Source of the DNA: Promethearchaeota archaeon
GTDB lineage: Archaea; Asgardarchaeota; Hermodarchaeia; Hermodarchaeales; Hermodarchaeaceae
Assembly (NCBI GenBank): GCA_048939625.1
Contig: JBHLPH010000013.1
Location: forward strand, 1-61,414
Reading direction: 5' to 3'
DNA length: 61,414 bases
The position numbers and the translations under genes were made by a program. Every line of letters starts with the position of its first letter. Within the stretch, counting starts at the first letter, position 1. This document shows positions 26,741 through 37,984 of this stretch, piece by piece. The notes under the pieces were generated by a model. The model was given only the letters and a program-made list of their open reading frames with translations. It was not told the origin of the DNA and did not search any database.

Positions 26741-28225
26741 TCATACTTCTCGGATTTCAAAGAGAGAAATTCGGTTCTTTTGGATTTCTTCTAAGAAAAC
26801 TAGCCCATCGATTAATTCATAGGGTGCGATGATTCCGCCCTGCCTGAGGACTTGGTCAATGGTTCGATTGAACGCAGTCACTGAATTGTGAGGTCGGAAA
26901 AAACCGTGATTGTGAATATTCTTATTTTCTGGATGATGTTGAAGTAAAGACATAGCCAGCAGGACAGTAGGCCATCCTGTTAAATGCTGCATGGCGGTAA
27001 ACCCCTGAGGGCTGCCAATCGAAACATCGTCATGCAAAGTGATGACTTCGATGGCGTGCGGCTTGGATTTAGGTGTGGCTTGTGCCCATACACGAAGCAA
27101 GACAAGGTCAGGATATCCTGAGATTCTTGGATCATTAATGTGTTGTTTCCAATGAGCAAGGATGGAAGTTAATTTTCCGGTTTGTTGTAACTCTTTCCAA
27201 GTTTTGTAGTGGGGAGCAAAGCGGAGCGTTTTATATTCCAAATGGGAAACCATGTGTTGAAAACAGGGATCGTAACACATTCGTGAGGTTCCATCGGCAG
27301 TAGGACGCGCCTCCAACTGTGTTATTAGAAGCTGATTTTCAACCTCTTGAAGGAATTCAGGTTCCATTCGATGCGTCAAGATGGCTTGTATCTGGGACTT
27401 ACTAATCGTAAATGGGGCAATACCAAATGGTAAAGGAGTATCTGTAACTGATTCCCAATATTCGGAGTGCGAAAAAGTTGTAGGTGTAACCAGCGTGCCA
27501 TTCCGCAGTCCGTTGGCAATATGCTCATATTCGAAGATAAGCCCTTCAGGGGAAAATGTGGGACCATAATGGAGTTTTCCCCCTTTTGAGGTATGTTGTG
27601 GGAGTCCACCTACGCGCATCTGTACTGAATAGACTTTATCTCCAGAAACTTGTTCTATGGCTTTGTTATACATACTAACCGCTAGAATATTAGCGAGTCC
27701 CGGTGCGAGTCCATTCTCTTGGATGATTCGTGCACCTTCTTCGTTTTTAGCGATTGTAGCATCGAGCGCCTTAAGCTCTTCAAAAGCGGGGAGGTTTTGT
27801 CCTAAATCGAGGTAATCACATCCCAGTTCTCGAGCAAGGGGGATATACATTTGATGCGCCAAGTAAGTTGCAGCATTCAGGATAAGCCTGGGTGCTAGTT
27901 CTCGTACTGCATTTGAAACCACTTCGGTAACTTTAGTTGACTTTTCAGGGTGATCTTCTGGTGAAAAGTTTGATACTTCTTTGTCATCAGATTGGGAGAA
28001 TGTTTCACGGAGTGACTTCACAGGACCAGAAGCTTCATTCTGCTGGATTTCCTGAAGGCACTGGGTTTCTGCAGGGAGAAATGGGTCATATATCCAAAGA
28101 TCAACTGGAAAGTGCTGATGCTCTTGTTCTCGTAGGAGCATTCGTGCAATACCTCTACCCATTCGTCCGCAACCACTGAGTAGAACCGTTGGTCTTTGCA
28201 TACGCACAACAGAATAATTAGACAC
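26741..28225 (-). CDS. Saccharopine/lysine dehydrogenase-family NAD(P) oxidoreductase
   Basis: GCGRMG, YLDLG, GLAPGLANILA, RVGGLPQ, FSPEGLIFEY and YKTLRF motifs. Confidence 0.8.
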   Translation of the reverse strand: MSNYSVVRMQRPTVLLSGCGRMGRGIARMLLREQEHQHFPVDLWIYDPFLPAETQCLQEIQQNEASGPVKSLRETFSQSDDKEVSNFSPEDHPEKSTKVTEVVSNAVRELAPRLILNAATYLAHQMYIPLARELGCDYLDLGQNLPAFEELKALDATIAKNEEGARIIQENGLAPGLANILAVSMYNKAIEQVSGDKVYSVQMRVGGLPQHTSKGGKLHYGPTFSPEGLIFEYEHIANGLRNGTLVTPTTFSHSEYWESVTDTPLPFGIAPFTISKSQIQAILTHRMEPEFLQEVENQLLITQLEARPTADGTSRMCYDPCFQHMVSHLEYKTLRFAPHYKTWKELQQTGKLTSILAHWKQHINDPRISGYPDLVLLRVWAQATPKSKPHAIEVITLHDDVSIGSPQGFTAMQHLTGWPTVLLAMSLLQHHPENKNIHNHGFFRPHNSVTAFNRTIDQVLRQGGIIAPYELIDGLVFLEEIQKNRISLFEIREV

Positions 28226-28342
28226 GAATAAGCCTTGCTCTAAGGGATTTTCTCTGGTTGCGATTCGTTACTTATTGATAACACTCCGTAACAATCATAA
28301 ACCCGAAAGCGCTTCCACAAACCTGGGAGGCACAACGCAGCA

Positions 28343-30352
28343 TTGGTTACATCTCGAAAGTTCGAACTCAACCCAGAATACAAACCAAGAGGCGATCAAC
28401 CACGAGCAATCCAACAACTCATCGATGGGTATACACAAGGAAAAGCTCAGCAAACGCTGCTGGGAGTGACTGGTTCAGGAAAAACCTTCACAGTGGCTTC
28501 TATCGTGGAAGCCTTACAGAAACCAACCTTAGTAATTGCTCCTAACAAGACCTTAGCTGCTCAGCTTACAAGCATGTTTCGTGAATATTTTCCTAATAAT
28601 GCCGTAGAGTACTATACATCCTATTACGATTATTTTCAACCCGAAGCTTACATGCCTACCTCTGATGTTTACATCGAAAAAGATGCTTCAATTAACGAAG
28701 AAGTCGAGCGTATGCGATTATCCGCAGTGGCATCTCTTGCCGTTCGTAGTGATGTACTCATTGTTGCCACAGTGTCGTGCATCTACGGCATAGGCGCACC
28801 TGGCTCGTATCGAAATCTTGTTGTAGAACTCGAAAAGGGCCAGGAAATTCCTCGCGATGAGCTCTTTGCTCGACTTGTGCATATCAACTATACTCGCAAT
28901 GATTTTGACTTTCATCGTGGTACCTTTCGGGTTCGAGGAGATGTAATCGAAGTCTTTCCAGCTTATGCAAATCATCCGATTCGATTAGAGACCTTTGGTG
29001 ACACAATCGAGCGGATTACAGATATTGCGCCCGTGAAAGGGACGGTATTGTTTGAAAGGGAGAAGGTGAAAGTGTTCCCAGCCAAACAGTTTACTACAGA
29101 CCAGCGCGTGCTCCCTGAAATCTTAGAACAAATTGAAGATGAACTAGCAATCCGTCTTAAGGAACTTGAGGCACAAGAAAAGATACTAGAAGCAGATCGT
29201 CTTCGTCGCCGAGTGAAATATGATATCGAAATGATGCGCTCTGTGGGGTGGACCGGAGGTATCGAAAACTACTCTCGCTACTTCGATGGACGTAAAGAAG
29301 GACAGAAACCCTACTGCCTCTTGGATCATTACCCAGCAGATTTTCTTCTCGTCATCGATGAATCCCATATCACTGTCCCACAAATCGGGGGCATGTATTA
29401 CGGGGATTTATCGCGAAAACGGAACCTTGTTGATTATGGCTTCCGGTTGCCTTCAGCATATGATAATCGCCCTCTCACCTTCGAAGAGTTCGAACCTTAC
29501 ATGCAGACCATACTTTTCACCTCCGCCACACCTGCAAACTATGAGCGAAAACATTCGAACCAAATAGTTGAGCAAATCATTCGACCAACGGGATTAGTGG
29601 ATCCGGAGATTATTGTTCGACCAACTGAAGGACAGGTTGAGGATTTGCTTGGAGAAATCCGAGCTAGGGCAAAGAAGGACGAAAGGGTTCTAGTCACCAC
29701 GCTGACGAAACGGATGGCTGAGGATCTCGCTGACTATATGGTTCACGCTGGTGTCAAAGCTGAGTATCTCCACTCGGAGGTGGGAACTCTTGAACGAATT
29801 GAGGTTTTACGGAACCTCCGGCGTGGGAAACATGATGTCGTTGTGGGAATCAATCTCTTGCGGGAAGGGTTAGATCTTCCTGAAGTTTCCCTTGTAGCGA
29901 TTCTCGATGCAGATAAAGAGGGTTTTCTCCGCTCCGATACGAGTCTGATTCAAATCATGGGGCGGGCAAGCCGGAATGTGAGTGGCACGGTTATTCTATT
30001 TGCCGATCGGATGACAGACTCCATGAAACGCGCAATCAACGAAAATAACCGACGTCGTGCCCTTCAAATCAAACACAATGAGAAATATGGGATCACGCCC
30101 ACCACAATTGTGAAATCGATCACGGATATTGCTGAAGGGGTTGAACGTGTCACCGCTTCTTCGCGTACTGAAGTTGGGGTGCCCAAGAACTGGAAGACTG
30201 CAAATGAAAGTGATTTAGCTTTGTTGATTGTGGAATTACGAGAAGAAATGTTACAGGCGGCCGAAGAACTGGAGTTTGAACGAGCAGCGGAGCTCCGTGA
30301 CCTAGTCAACGAGATTGAAGCGTATCTCGGATTACAGCCAAAGAAAACCTAG
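28343..30352 (+). CDS. uvrB: Excinuclease ABC subunit B
   Basis: GDQP, LGVTGSGKTFT, YYDYFQPEAY, IDESH, GINLLREGLDLPEV and C-terminal UVR domain. Confidence 0.97.
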   Translation: MVTSRKFELNPEYKPRGDQPRAIQQLIDGYTQGKAQQTLLGVTGSGKTFTVASIVEALQKPTLVIAPNKTLAAQLTSMFREYFPNNAVEYYTSYYDYFQPEAYMPTSDVYIEKDASINEEVERMRLSAVASLAVRSDVLIVATVSCIYGIGAPGSYRNLVVELEKGQEIPRDELFARLVHINYTRNDFDFHRGTFRVRGDVIEVFPAYANHPIRLETFGDTIERITDIAPVKGTVLFEREKVKVFPAKQFTTDQRVLPEILEQIEDELAIRLKELEAQEKILEADRLRRRVKYDIEMMRSVGWTGGIENYSRYFDGRKEGQKPYCLLDHYPADFLLVIDESHITVPQIGGMYYGDLSRKRNLVDYGFRLPSAYDNRPLTFEEFEPYMQTILFTSATPANYERKHSNQIVEQIIRPTGLVDPEIIVRPTEGQVEDLLGEIRARAKKDERVLVTTLTKRMAEDLADYMVHAGVKAEYLHSEVGTLERIEVLRNLRRGKHDVVVGINLLREGLDLPEVSLVAILDADKEGFLRSDTSLIQIMGRASRNVSGTVILFADRMTDSMKRAINENNRRRALQIKHNEKYGITPTTIVKSITDIAEGVERVTASSRTEVGVPKNWKTANESDLALLIVELREEMLQAAEELEFERAAELRDLVNEIEAYLGLQPKKT

Positions 30353-30543
30353 CCCTGATTACTTTCAACTTGGTCCCCCTTCAGCTTATATGTTTAAACA
30401 AACCATTCGGTTTCAAAAAACAGATAAAACACATCTGCTAAGCTGCTGAATCGGACACACACCAGGGCTGGGCTGGGTGTAGAACCGTAACTCTTATGTC
30501 AGCTGGTGTCATCGATGCCGCTGACAAGATAGGTGACAGATGG

Positions 30544-33474
30544 GTGAGCGACGACAAGTACATAACCGTCAAAGGTGCCCGCGTACACAACCTGAAAAAC
30601 ATCACTGTACAGATTCCTCGGGACAAATACGTAGTCATCACTGGGCTCTCAGGATCGGGTAAATCATCACTGGCATTTGATACCCTCTTTGCAGAAGGTC
30701 AACGCCGATATGTCGAATCCCTGTCTGCATATGCCCGACAGTTTCTTGGTCGAATGGATAAACCAGACGTCGACTCCATCGAAGGGCTAAGCCCTGCAAT
30801 CTCAATTGATCAACGATCCGCTGGAGGGAATCCACGGTCAACAGTAGGCACGACCACTGAAGTTTACGATTACATGCGATTACTTTGGGCTCGCATTGGA
30901 ATCCCACATTGTCATCAATGTGGTCGTCGCATCTCACCGCAATCTGCCCAACAGATTGTTCGTCAAATTATGGATTTTGACGAAGGGATACGAGTCCGTA
31001 TTCTCTCACCCGTTGTCCGCGGACGAAAAGGTACGTATAAGGCACTCTTCAAGAAACTGCAAAGCGAGGGCTTTATTCGGGTTCGCGTTGATGGTAAAGA
31101 CTATCGATTGGAAAAAGAAGAGATTGAACTCGATCGCTACGTTATCCATAACATCGAAATCATTGTTGACCGATTAGTGCTCAAACCATCGGTTGAACCA
31201 CGGTTGACGCAATCGGTTGAAACAGCCCTTGAATTCGGTGAAGGTCTTATCATTGTCGATGTGCAAGGGGATCAAGAATATCTCTTCAGTGAATCCGCCG
31301 GCTGTCCTGTATGCGGAATCAGTTTCCCCGATTTAGCTCCACGCCTCTTCAGTTTCAATTCACCCTATGGAGCATGTCCCGAATGCAAAGGGCTAGGATA
31401 TACACTTGAAGTTGACCCCGACCTGGTCATCCCAGATGATACGAAATCAGTTAGAGAAGGAGCTATAGCTCCCTATCACGTCCCACTTAATGGTTGGCGG
31501 TTACGGAGCCTTACCAGCATTGCAAACCATTATAGGTTCAGCCTGGATACTCCATGGAATCAGCTAGACCCGGAAATTCAACAGGTGCTGCTCTACGGGT
31601 CGGGAGATGAGGAAATCCGTTTTGAACATAAAGGCGTCACACAGTCTGGACGCAAATGGGAGTGGATTAGCGAAAAACCCACTATGGGAGTTATTCCTGG
31701 ACTGAAGCACAGATACAAGTATACCAGTTCTGAAGTTGTTCGGGAATCGATAACTCGATTTATGGCGCAACTTCCTTGTCCTGTATGTAAGGGTCGGAGG
31801 CTTCGCCCTGAAGCTTTAGCGGTCACAATCCAAGACAGAAGCATTGATCATATAACTGACCTCTCGATTGGTGATACCCTCACTTTCTTTAAAACCCTGA
31901 AGCTTACCGAGAAAGAAGCCTTGATAGCCCGACAGACCCTCCGGGAAATCAAGGAACGGCTACAATTTCTTTCTTCGGTTGGGCTTGACTATCTTACCTT
32001 AAATCGTCAATCTGCGACCCTGGCAGGTGGTGAAGCTCAACGTGTTCGACTCGCAACCCAAATTGGTTCCCGCCTTGTCGGGGTGACGTACATTCTTGAT
32101 GAGCCTAGCGTCGGGCTTCATATGCGTGATAATAAGCGGCTGCTCTCAATGCTCCTCCAACTACGCGACCTTGGGAATACCGTTTTAGTCGTTGAACATG
32201 ATGAAGGCTTCATTCGGGCTTCAGACTGGATAATCGACCTCGGGCCCAGCGCAGGAATCCATGGAGGGCAGGTCATTGCGGAGGGTACCGTTACTGATAT
32301 CGAGGCAAATCCGAAATCAATCACTGGACAATACCTTCGTGGTGATAAAGTCATCTCCGTTCCCCCCACCCGCCGCATCGGTAATGGAGCAAGAATCCAG
32401 ATCAAGGCAGCTCATCATCACAACCTGAAACATATCGATGTAACTTTCCCACTTGGCACCTTCATCTGCATCACTGGCGTCTCAGGATCTGGAAAAAGTA
32501 CACTCATCACTGACACACTCTATCCAGGACTCATTTGGCAATTCCGTCGCCGGCGTCACCGACAATCCGATGCATTACTTGCCGGCTCTCTTCAGAAACC
32601 TGGTCCCTTCGACTCAATTGAAGGAATCGAAAATATTGACAAAGTCATCCTTGTAGATCAATCGCCTATTGGCCGAACTCCCCGTTCCAACCCTGCCACT
32701 TACACTCAATTATTCGGTCCAATCCGCGAATTATTCTCGAAAACGGAAGAAGCCCGAAAACGCGGGTACCAGCCCGGTCGGTTCAGCTTCAATGTCAAAG
32801 GTGGACGCTGTGAAACCTGCAGAGGTGCTGGGGTTCTGCGAATTGAAATGCAGTTCCTTCCTGATGTCTACGTTGTATGTGATGAATGTCACGGAAAACG
32901 TTTCAACAAAGAAACACTACAAGTTCGATATAAGGGCAAAACCATCTACGAAATCCTGCGCATGACAGTTGACGAAGCTGCAAAATTTTATGAAAACATC
33001 CCCCGAATTAGTCGCATTCTTGAAACATTGCAGCGGGTCGGATTAGGATACATGGAGTTAGGACAACCCTCACCGACCCTGAGTGGTGGCGAGGCTCAAC
33101 GCATCAAACTGAGTCGCGAGCTCGGAAAACGTAGCACTTCTCAAACACTGTACATACTTGATGAACCCACCACTGGTCTACATCTAGCCGATGTACAGAA
33201 ACTCCTTGATGTTCTGAACCACCTTGTCGATGCTGGAAACACTGTGATAGTAATTGAGCATCAACCAGACGTCATCAAAGGTGCTGATTATATCATTGAC
33301 TTAGGTCCCGAGGGTGGTGAAAAAGGTGGCTATATCGTGGCTCATGGAACACCTGAAAAGGTGGCCCAGAACCGGAAATCCTATACCGGGGCGGTGCTTC
33401 GTGATGTGTTAAGTCAAAAACCTGATCGAGATTCTCAGGACTCAAAGGGTCGAGTAGAGATTCTTTCTCGGTAA
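30544..33474 (+). CDS. uvrA: Excinuclease ABC subunit A
   Basis: [23 protein letters not shown], two ABC cassettes and Zn fingers; GTG 30544 after AGGTGA (the ORF is open from 30496). Confidence 0.97.
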   Translation: MSDDKYITVKGARVHNLKNITVQIPRDKYVVITGLSGSGKSSLAFDTLFAEGQRRYVESLSAYARQFLGRMDKPDVDSIEGLSPAISIDQRSAGGNPRSTVGTTTEVYDYMRLLWARIGIPHCHQCGRRISPQSAQQIVRQIMDFDEGIRVRILSPVVRGRKGTYKALFKKLQSEGFIRVRVDGKDYRLEKEEIELDRYVIHNIEIIVDRLVLKPSVEPRLTQSVETALEFGEGLIIVDVQGDQEYLFSESAGCPVCGISFPDLAPRLFSFNSPYGACPECKGLGYTLEVDPDLVIPDDTKSVREGAIAPYHVPLNGWRLRSLTSIANHYRFSLDTPWNQLDPEIQQVLLYGSGDEEIRFEHKGVTQSGRKWEWISEKPTMGVIPGLKHRYKYTSSEVVRESITRFMAQLPCPVCKGRRLRPEALAVTIQDRSIDHITDLSIGDTLTFFKTLKLTEKEALIARQTLREIKERLQFLSSVGLDYLTLNRQSATLAGGEAQRVRLATQIGSRLVGVTYILDEPSVGLHMRDNKRLLSMLLQLRDLGNTVLVVEHDEGFIRASDWIIDLGPSAGIHGGQVIAEGTVTDIEANPKSITGQYLRGDKVISVPPTRRIGNGARIQIKAAHHHNLKHIDVTFPLGTFICITGVSGSGKSTLITDTLYPGLIWQFRRRRHRQSDALLAGSLQKPGPFDSIEGIENIDKVILVDQSPIGRTPRSNPATYTQLFGPIRELFSKTEEARKRGYQPGRFSFNVKGGRCETCRGAGVLRIEMQFLPDVYVVCDECHGKRFNKETLQVRYKGKTIYEILRMTVDEAAKFYENIPRISRILETLQRVGLGYMELGQPSPTLSGGEAQRIKLSRELGKRSTSQTLYILDEPTTGLHLADVQKLLDVLNHLVDAGNTVIVIEHQPDVIKGADYIIDLGPEGGEKGGYIVAHGTPEKVAQNRKSYTGAVLRDVLSQKPDRDSQDSKGRVEILSR

Positions 33475-33525
33475 GAGCGAACGGTTCTTCAACATGGACC
33501 GTATTCTAGTAGAGTGATTTTGACA

Positions 33526-35352
33526 ATGAATCTTGAGCAGGAACTGAAGGATTTACCCGACGCACCTGGTGTCTATATCCTCTATGATGCTAATGACACG
33601 GTGATCTACGTAGGAAAAGCTCGCTCACTTAAGAAACGAGTTCCTGCCCATTTTCGAGGGATTGGAAGTGGCAATGTCTTCTCACCAATCGGGCAAGAGG
33701 TAACAGAGCTAGAATATATGATAACAGCAAATGAAGCCGAAGCCCTGGTCCTCGAAGACAACATGATCAAGCGCTATAAACCACGTTATAATATCCGACT
33801 GAAAGATGATAAAAGCTTCCCCTACGTCCGGATTACCCTTCAAGAGGATTTCCCACGAGTAGAAAAAACTCGCACCCTTATCAATGATGGGAGTCGCTAT
33901 ATCGGTCCCTACTCTAATGTCAAAGCCTTAGATGGACTGCTGAAATCCATTAACCGCATCGTTCCTATTGCCACATGCAAACCCGTAATAGTTCCCGGAA
34001 AACGAAAACGTGCCTGCCTCAAATACGATATCGGGTACTGTCCCGCACCCTGTATGAACCTGATAAGCAAAGACGAATATGCCGAACTTGTGCAAGAATA
34101 CACTCTCATGCTCATCGGGCAACATGATGAACTCGAAGCACACCTCCAACGTCTCATGAACAAAACCTCCAAAGCCCAAGAATTTGAAAAAGCTGCCAAA
34201 TATAGAGACAGGTTACGTGCAGTGCAACGAGGTCGCCAAGCTCAACGAGCCACCTACTGGAATCAACTTCCAGGCCATCGGGACGTCTTGGGGTTAGCCC
34301 GTGCTGGTGCTGATGCGCTCGTCCAATTACTTGTAGTCCGTGAAGGGCGAGTGGTTGGACAACAACCATTCCCGCTTAGTGCTCCATCAGAACTTCCAGA
34401 TGATACAGTTATGGAAGCGTTCCTCAAACAGTATTATCTTCGTGCAACTGAAATTCCTGAAGAAATCATCATCTCTGTCTCAATTACAGATACTCAGTTT
34501 CTAGAAACTTGGTTAACCCAACGACGCAAGGATAAACACCCTGTGACCATTGTTCATCCGAATCAGGACCCGCTTTTAAGCTTAATTCAAATGGCAAATG
34601 AAAACGCTCAGTTTCATCTACACCAATTGATTGAACGAATGGCCCGAGATGAAGGTCGAAAACAACAAGCCTATAATGATCTTATACAAGCGCTGAGACT
34701 CTCTGAAGAACCAGCTCATATCGAAGGTTTCGATATTTCCACCTTACAAGGAACTGAATCTGTGGGTGTGTGTGTTGTTTTCAAAGATAGCGTCCCATTC
34801 AAGAAAGGGTATAGACGCTTTAAAATCCGCGACGTCGAAGGCCAAGATGATTTTGCTATGATTCGTGAGGTAGTCGAAAGGCGATATCGCCGTCTTGTTT
34901 CTGAAAACAGTCCACTCCCTAATCTAATCGTGATAGATGGTGGTCGAGGGCAATTGCATATGGCAATAAAAGCCCTTGAGACAGTTGGTGCATCAGAAAT
35001 ACCGGTGATTGGTCTGGCTAAAGGAGATCGCCCTGATCCTGATGTGGTGTATATGCCAGGTCGGAAAACGCCCGTTAATCTTCCAGGTGATAGTCAGGGT
35101 TTGCGGTTGCTGATGCGGGTTCGTGATGAGGCACATCGATTTGCCATTTCGTATCATCGAAAGATTCGGCGAATCAAAGGGATGAAACTTACACTAACTG
35201 ATATTCCGGGTGTGGGGGTGAAACGAGCTACACTGCTGCTTCAACACTTCGGCAACCGAGAAACACTCGAAAAAGCCTCACTAGACGAAATTGCTGCAGT
35301 CCCAGGTATAACCAAAAAACTCGCACAAGAAATTGTAGAGCATTTCTCATAA
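33526..35352 (+). CDS. uvrC: Excinuclease ABC subunit C
   Basis: GIY-YIG domain (PGVY...IYVGKA, YNIRLKDDKSFPY), FDIS, DGGRGQ, RDEAHRFA and HhH motifs. Confidence 0.97.
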   Translation: MNLEQELKDLPDAPGVYILYDANDTVIYVGKARSLKKRVPAHFRGIGSGNVFSPIGQEVTELEYMITANEAEALVLEDNMIKRYKPRYNIRLKDDKSFPYVRITLQEDFPRVEKTRTLINDGSRYIGPYSNVKALDGLLKSINRIVPIATCKPVIVPGKRKRACLKYDIGYCPAPCMNLISKDEYAELVQEYTLMLIGQHDELEAHLQRLMNKTSKAQEFEKAAKYRDRLRAVQRGRQAQRATYWNQLPGHRDVLGLARAGADALVQLLVVREGRVVGQQPFPLSAPSELPDDTVMEAFLKQYYLRATEIPEEIIISVSITDTQFLETWLTQRRKDKHPVTIVHPNQDPLLSLIQMANENAQFHLHQLIERMARDEGRKQQAYNDLIQALRLSEEPAHIEGFDISTLQGTESVGVCVVFKDSVPFKKGYRRFKIRDVEGQDDFAMIREVVERRYRRLVSENSPLPNLIVIDGGRGQLHMAIKALETVGASEIPVIGLAKGDRPDPDVVYMPGRKTPVNLPGDSQGLRLLMRVRDEAHRFAISYHRKIRRIKGMKLTLTDIPGVGVKRATLLLQHFGNRETLEKASLDEIAAVPGITKKLAQEIVEHFS

Positions 35353-35424
35353 CTATCTCTTGATGGGATGGTTCTACTTCGATTCTTAGTAATTTGCTTC
35401 GTAGTTATCTTCTTAGTCGAGAAT

Positions 35425-36138
35425 TTAGAAGATGAAGACGATGATACTGAGGGAGAGAAGGAATAGGGCAAGGTAGTAAGTAGGAAAGATAAAGAGTTCT
35501 GCTTTGTTGAAGTGATGGTGGAACTCTTTAATAAATAAGCTTAAGTCTGAAATAACGAAGAAAAAGGCACCAAGAACAGGGACGAAACCAAGGAGAACTC
35601 CAGTAGTAAGCCAGAGCATTAGCGCGCTACAGAAAGTGAGTGAAACAGTAATCGAATAGATAGTAATTGGGATTTTCATATTCCCAAAGCCGTTTTCTGA
35701 AGAATCAATATATTGAGTATTGAAGATAATAACGAGTATCCAAGCGATGAATGAGGTTATGAAGCCTGCATATGGGAGAAAAGAAACTCCAAGCAAAATG
35801 CTTTGCCAGATGAAATTCCCGATAAAGAACAATTGAGCGATGAGAAAGAGAATGCCGCCAACGAGTAGTTTGATCTCCATTCCGATGTCTCCGAGGAGGC
35901 AGAAAATGAATGCGATTGCAAGAAGTAGATAAAACAAGCTGACCGTAGGTCGAAAGAGTAGAATACTAATTGCTGCCGTGAGTGCAGGAAGGAATTTGAT
36001 TACCATGAAAGCAACTGTTGGTAATTTCGAGATCTGTTCTTTCTGGTATGATATTTCATTTTCTCGAACTGATTTGATTAGGGTTGATACTATTGCAATA
36101 ATCCAGAAAATTAGTGCATAAGGAACCAGGAACAACAT
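35425..36138 (-). CDS. YhhN/TMEM86 lysoplasmalogenase-like membrane protein
   Basis: IKFLP, LLGDIG, LFLIAQ, GAFFFVISD and TYYLA motifs. Confidence 0.75.
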   Translation of the reverse strand: MLFLVPYALIFWIIAIVSTLIKSVRENEISYQKEQISKLPTVAFMVIKFLPALTAAISILLFRPTVSLFYLLLAIAFIFCLLGDIGMEIKLLVGGILFLIAQLFFIGNFIWQSILLGVSFLPYAGFITSFIAWILVIIFNTQYIDSSENGFGNMKIPITIYSITVSLTFCSALMLWLTTGVLLGFVPVLGAFFFVISDLSLFIKEFHHHFNKAELFIFPTYYLALFLLSLSIIVFIF

Positions 36139-36190
36139 ATTGCAAAATTATGGTTTGTGCTGCTTAAGAGTGTTTGATTTTTGATGGAAA

Positions 36191-36709
36191 TTATGATCGT
36201 AGTTTTATTTTGAGGAGTGGGATTGCTCCCCCTGCCTTTAGGTATTCAAGAAGAAATGAAGGGATTTCTTTAAATGTATAGGTCTTTTTGGTGCTTTTGT
36301 TTGCTAGAATCCCATCACTCAGTGATATTTCGATTATATCCCCCTCACGAATTAAGTCTGGGTGTTTTATTAGATTGGGAAATTCTATTGCAGGAATACC
36401 TAGGTTATACGCGTTGCGAAAGAAAATTCTTGCAAAAGATGCAGCAACGATAGCACCAACTCCTAATTGGTGGAGAATTGCTGGTGCTTCTTCACGACTT
36501 GACCCGATCCCAAAGTGGTCATCTGCCACAATGATATCGCCAGGTTGAACCGTCTTTGCAAATTCGGGGCGAAGATGCTCAAAGACAAATGGGGTTAATT
36601 CACTAGTGGAGATTTTGGTAAGATGTATACCAGAAATTATATCATCAGTACTGATGTTACTGCCGAATCGCCAAACCTTTCCTCTTATGGCTGCTTCTGG
36701 TTCTGTCAT
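36191..36709 (-). CDS. leuD: 3-isopropylmalate/homoaconitate dehydratase small subunit
   Basis: NISTDDII, FGIGSSREEA and SFARIFFRNA motifs; substrate specificity not determinable. Confidence 0.88.
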   Translation of the reverse strand: MTEPEAAIRGKVWRFGSNISTDDIISGIHLTKISTSELTPFVFEHLRPEFAKTVQPGDIIVADDHFGIGSSREEAPAILHQLGVGAIVAASFARIFFRNAYNLGIPAIEFPNLIKHPDLIREGDIIEISLSDGILANKSTKKTYTFKEIPSFLLEYLKAGGAIPLLKIKLRS

Positions 36710-36714
36710 GGTGT

Positions 36715-37977
36715 CTAAGTGCCTCCACGTGGATCAGTAATTTTACCTGTCAATGCACTAGCAGCAACTGTGGCAGGAGAAGCAAGGTAAATTTTGGCCT
36801 CAGGGCTACCCATCCGTCCAGGAAAGTTTCGGTTAGTGGTACTCACACACACTTCGCCCGGAGCAAGAAGCCCGCAATGACCACCAAAGCATGCCCCACA
36901 CGTTGCTGGTCCAATCGTGGCTCCTGCCTGAACAAGTGTTCCAATCGTCCCATCTTCAAGAGCTGCAAGATAGACTTGCCGACTGGCCGGATTCACAATA
37001 AATCTAACACCGGCTGTCACTTGGTGCTTCGCCACGATTCTAGCGGCTATATGCAAGTCCTCAAGTCGACCATTCGTACAAGAGCCCAAATAGGCTTGAT
37101 CAATTGGTATTCCAGCAACTTCCGATACTGGAACTGCTTGTGTCGGTAGGGATGGTGTTGCGACCTGTGGAGCCAGGTCTGAAACGTCAAGTTCAAGAGT
37201 CTGATGATAATTGGCATTCTTATCAGGATAAGCAGCAGTGAATTTCTGTTTGGTCTTAGTTTGGACATATTTGATAACACGTTTATCGGGTGGAATCAAG
37301 GCAGCCATAGCACCAGCTTCAATAGCCATGTTCGTTAGAGTCATCCACGCATCCAGGCTCAACTTTGAAAGCGTTTCTCCATGATATTCTATTGCTTGAA
37401 AGGTGGCTCCCTCCACGCCCAATTGGGCTAGCGTGTGAAGGATCACATCTTTTCCCATCACACTTGGTGGGATTGATCCAAAGTAGGTGATTTTGATGGA
37501 CTCGGGGACTCGAAACCACAACCGTCCTGTCGCTAATACAATCGCCATATCTGTAGCTCCAATTCCCGTTGCAAGGGCTCCAAACGCCCCGGCTGTTGTG
37601 GTGTGAGAATCAGTGCCAACGATGAGTTCACCAGGTCGAACATGCCCTTCTTCAACAAGAACTTGATGACAAATTCCTCGCCCAGCATCATAGAAATGCT
37701 CAATCTGGAAATCTTTAACGAACTGACGGACTCGTTGATGAATCATAGCCACTTCCACAGTGGGAGCTGGGACCCAATGATCTAAAATCATCACAACACG
37801 GCTAGGATCCCAAACCTGTTTGACCTCAGCTTCTTCCAAATGAGGGAGTACACGAGTTCCCATCATTTCATGTGACATGGCAACATCAATGGACGCCTCA
37901 ATGATTTCTCCGGGTTCAATGGATTTCTGGTCGATGTGGTTGAGTAGAATTTTCTCGACCATCGTCTGGTTGGGCAT
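36715..37977 (-). CDS. leuC: 3-isopropylmalate/homoaconitate dehydratase large subunit
   Basis: GICHQV, DSHT, GSCTNGR, CGACFG and STTNRNFPGRMG motifs. Confidence 0.9.
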   Translation of the reverse strand: MPNQTMVEKILLNHIDQKSIEPGEIIEASIDVAMSHEMMGTRVLPHLEEAEVKQVWDPSRVVMILDHWVPAPTVEVAMIHQRVRQFVKDFQIEHFYDAGRGICHQVLVEEGHVRPGELIVGTDSHTTTAGAFGALATGIGATDMAIVLATGRLWFRVPESIKITYFGSIPPSVMGKDVILHTLAQLGVEGATFQAIEYHGETLSKLSLDAWMTLTNMAIEAGAMAALIPPDKRVIKYVQTKTKQKFTAAYPDKNANYHQTLELDVSDLAPQVATPSLPTQAVPVSEVAGIPIDQAYLGSCTNGRLEDLHIAARIVAKHQVTAGVRFIVNPASRQVYLAALEDGTIGTLVQAGATIGPATCGACFGGHCGLLAPGEVCVSTTNRNFPGRMGSPEAKIYLASPATVAASALTGKITDPRGGT

Positions 37978-37984
37978 GGGGTTC

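Noticed and set aside
28343-35352. uvrBAC in an archaeon as a novelty
   Set aside because: Bacterial-type UvrABC is well known in several mesophilic archaeal lineages, and the motifs are canonical
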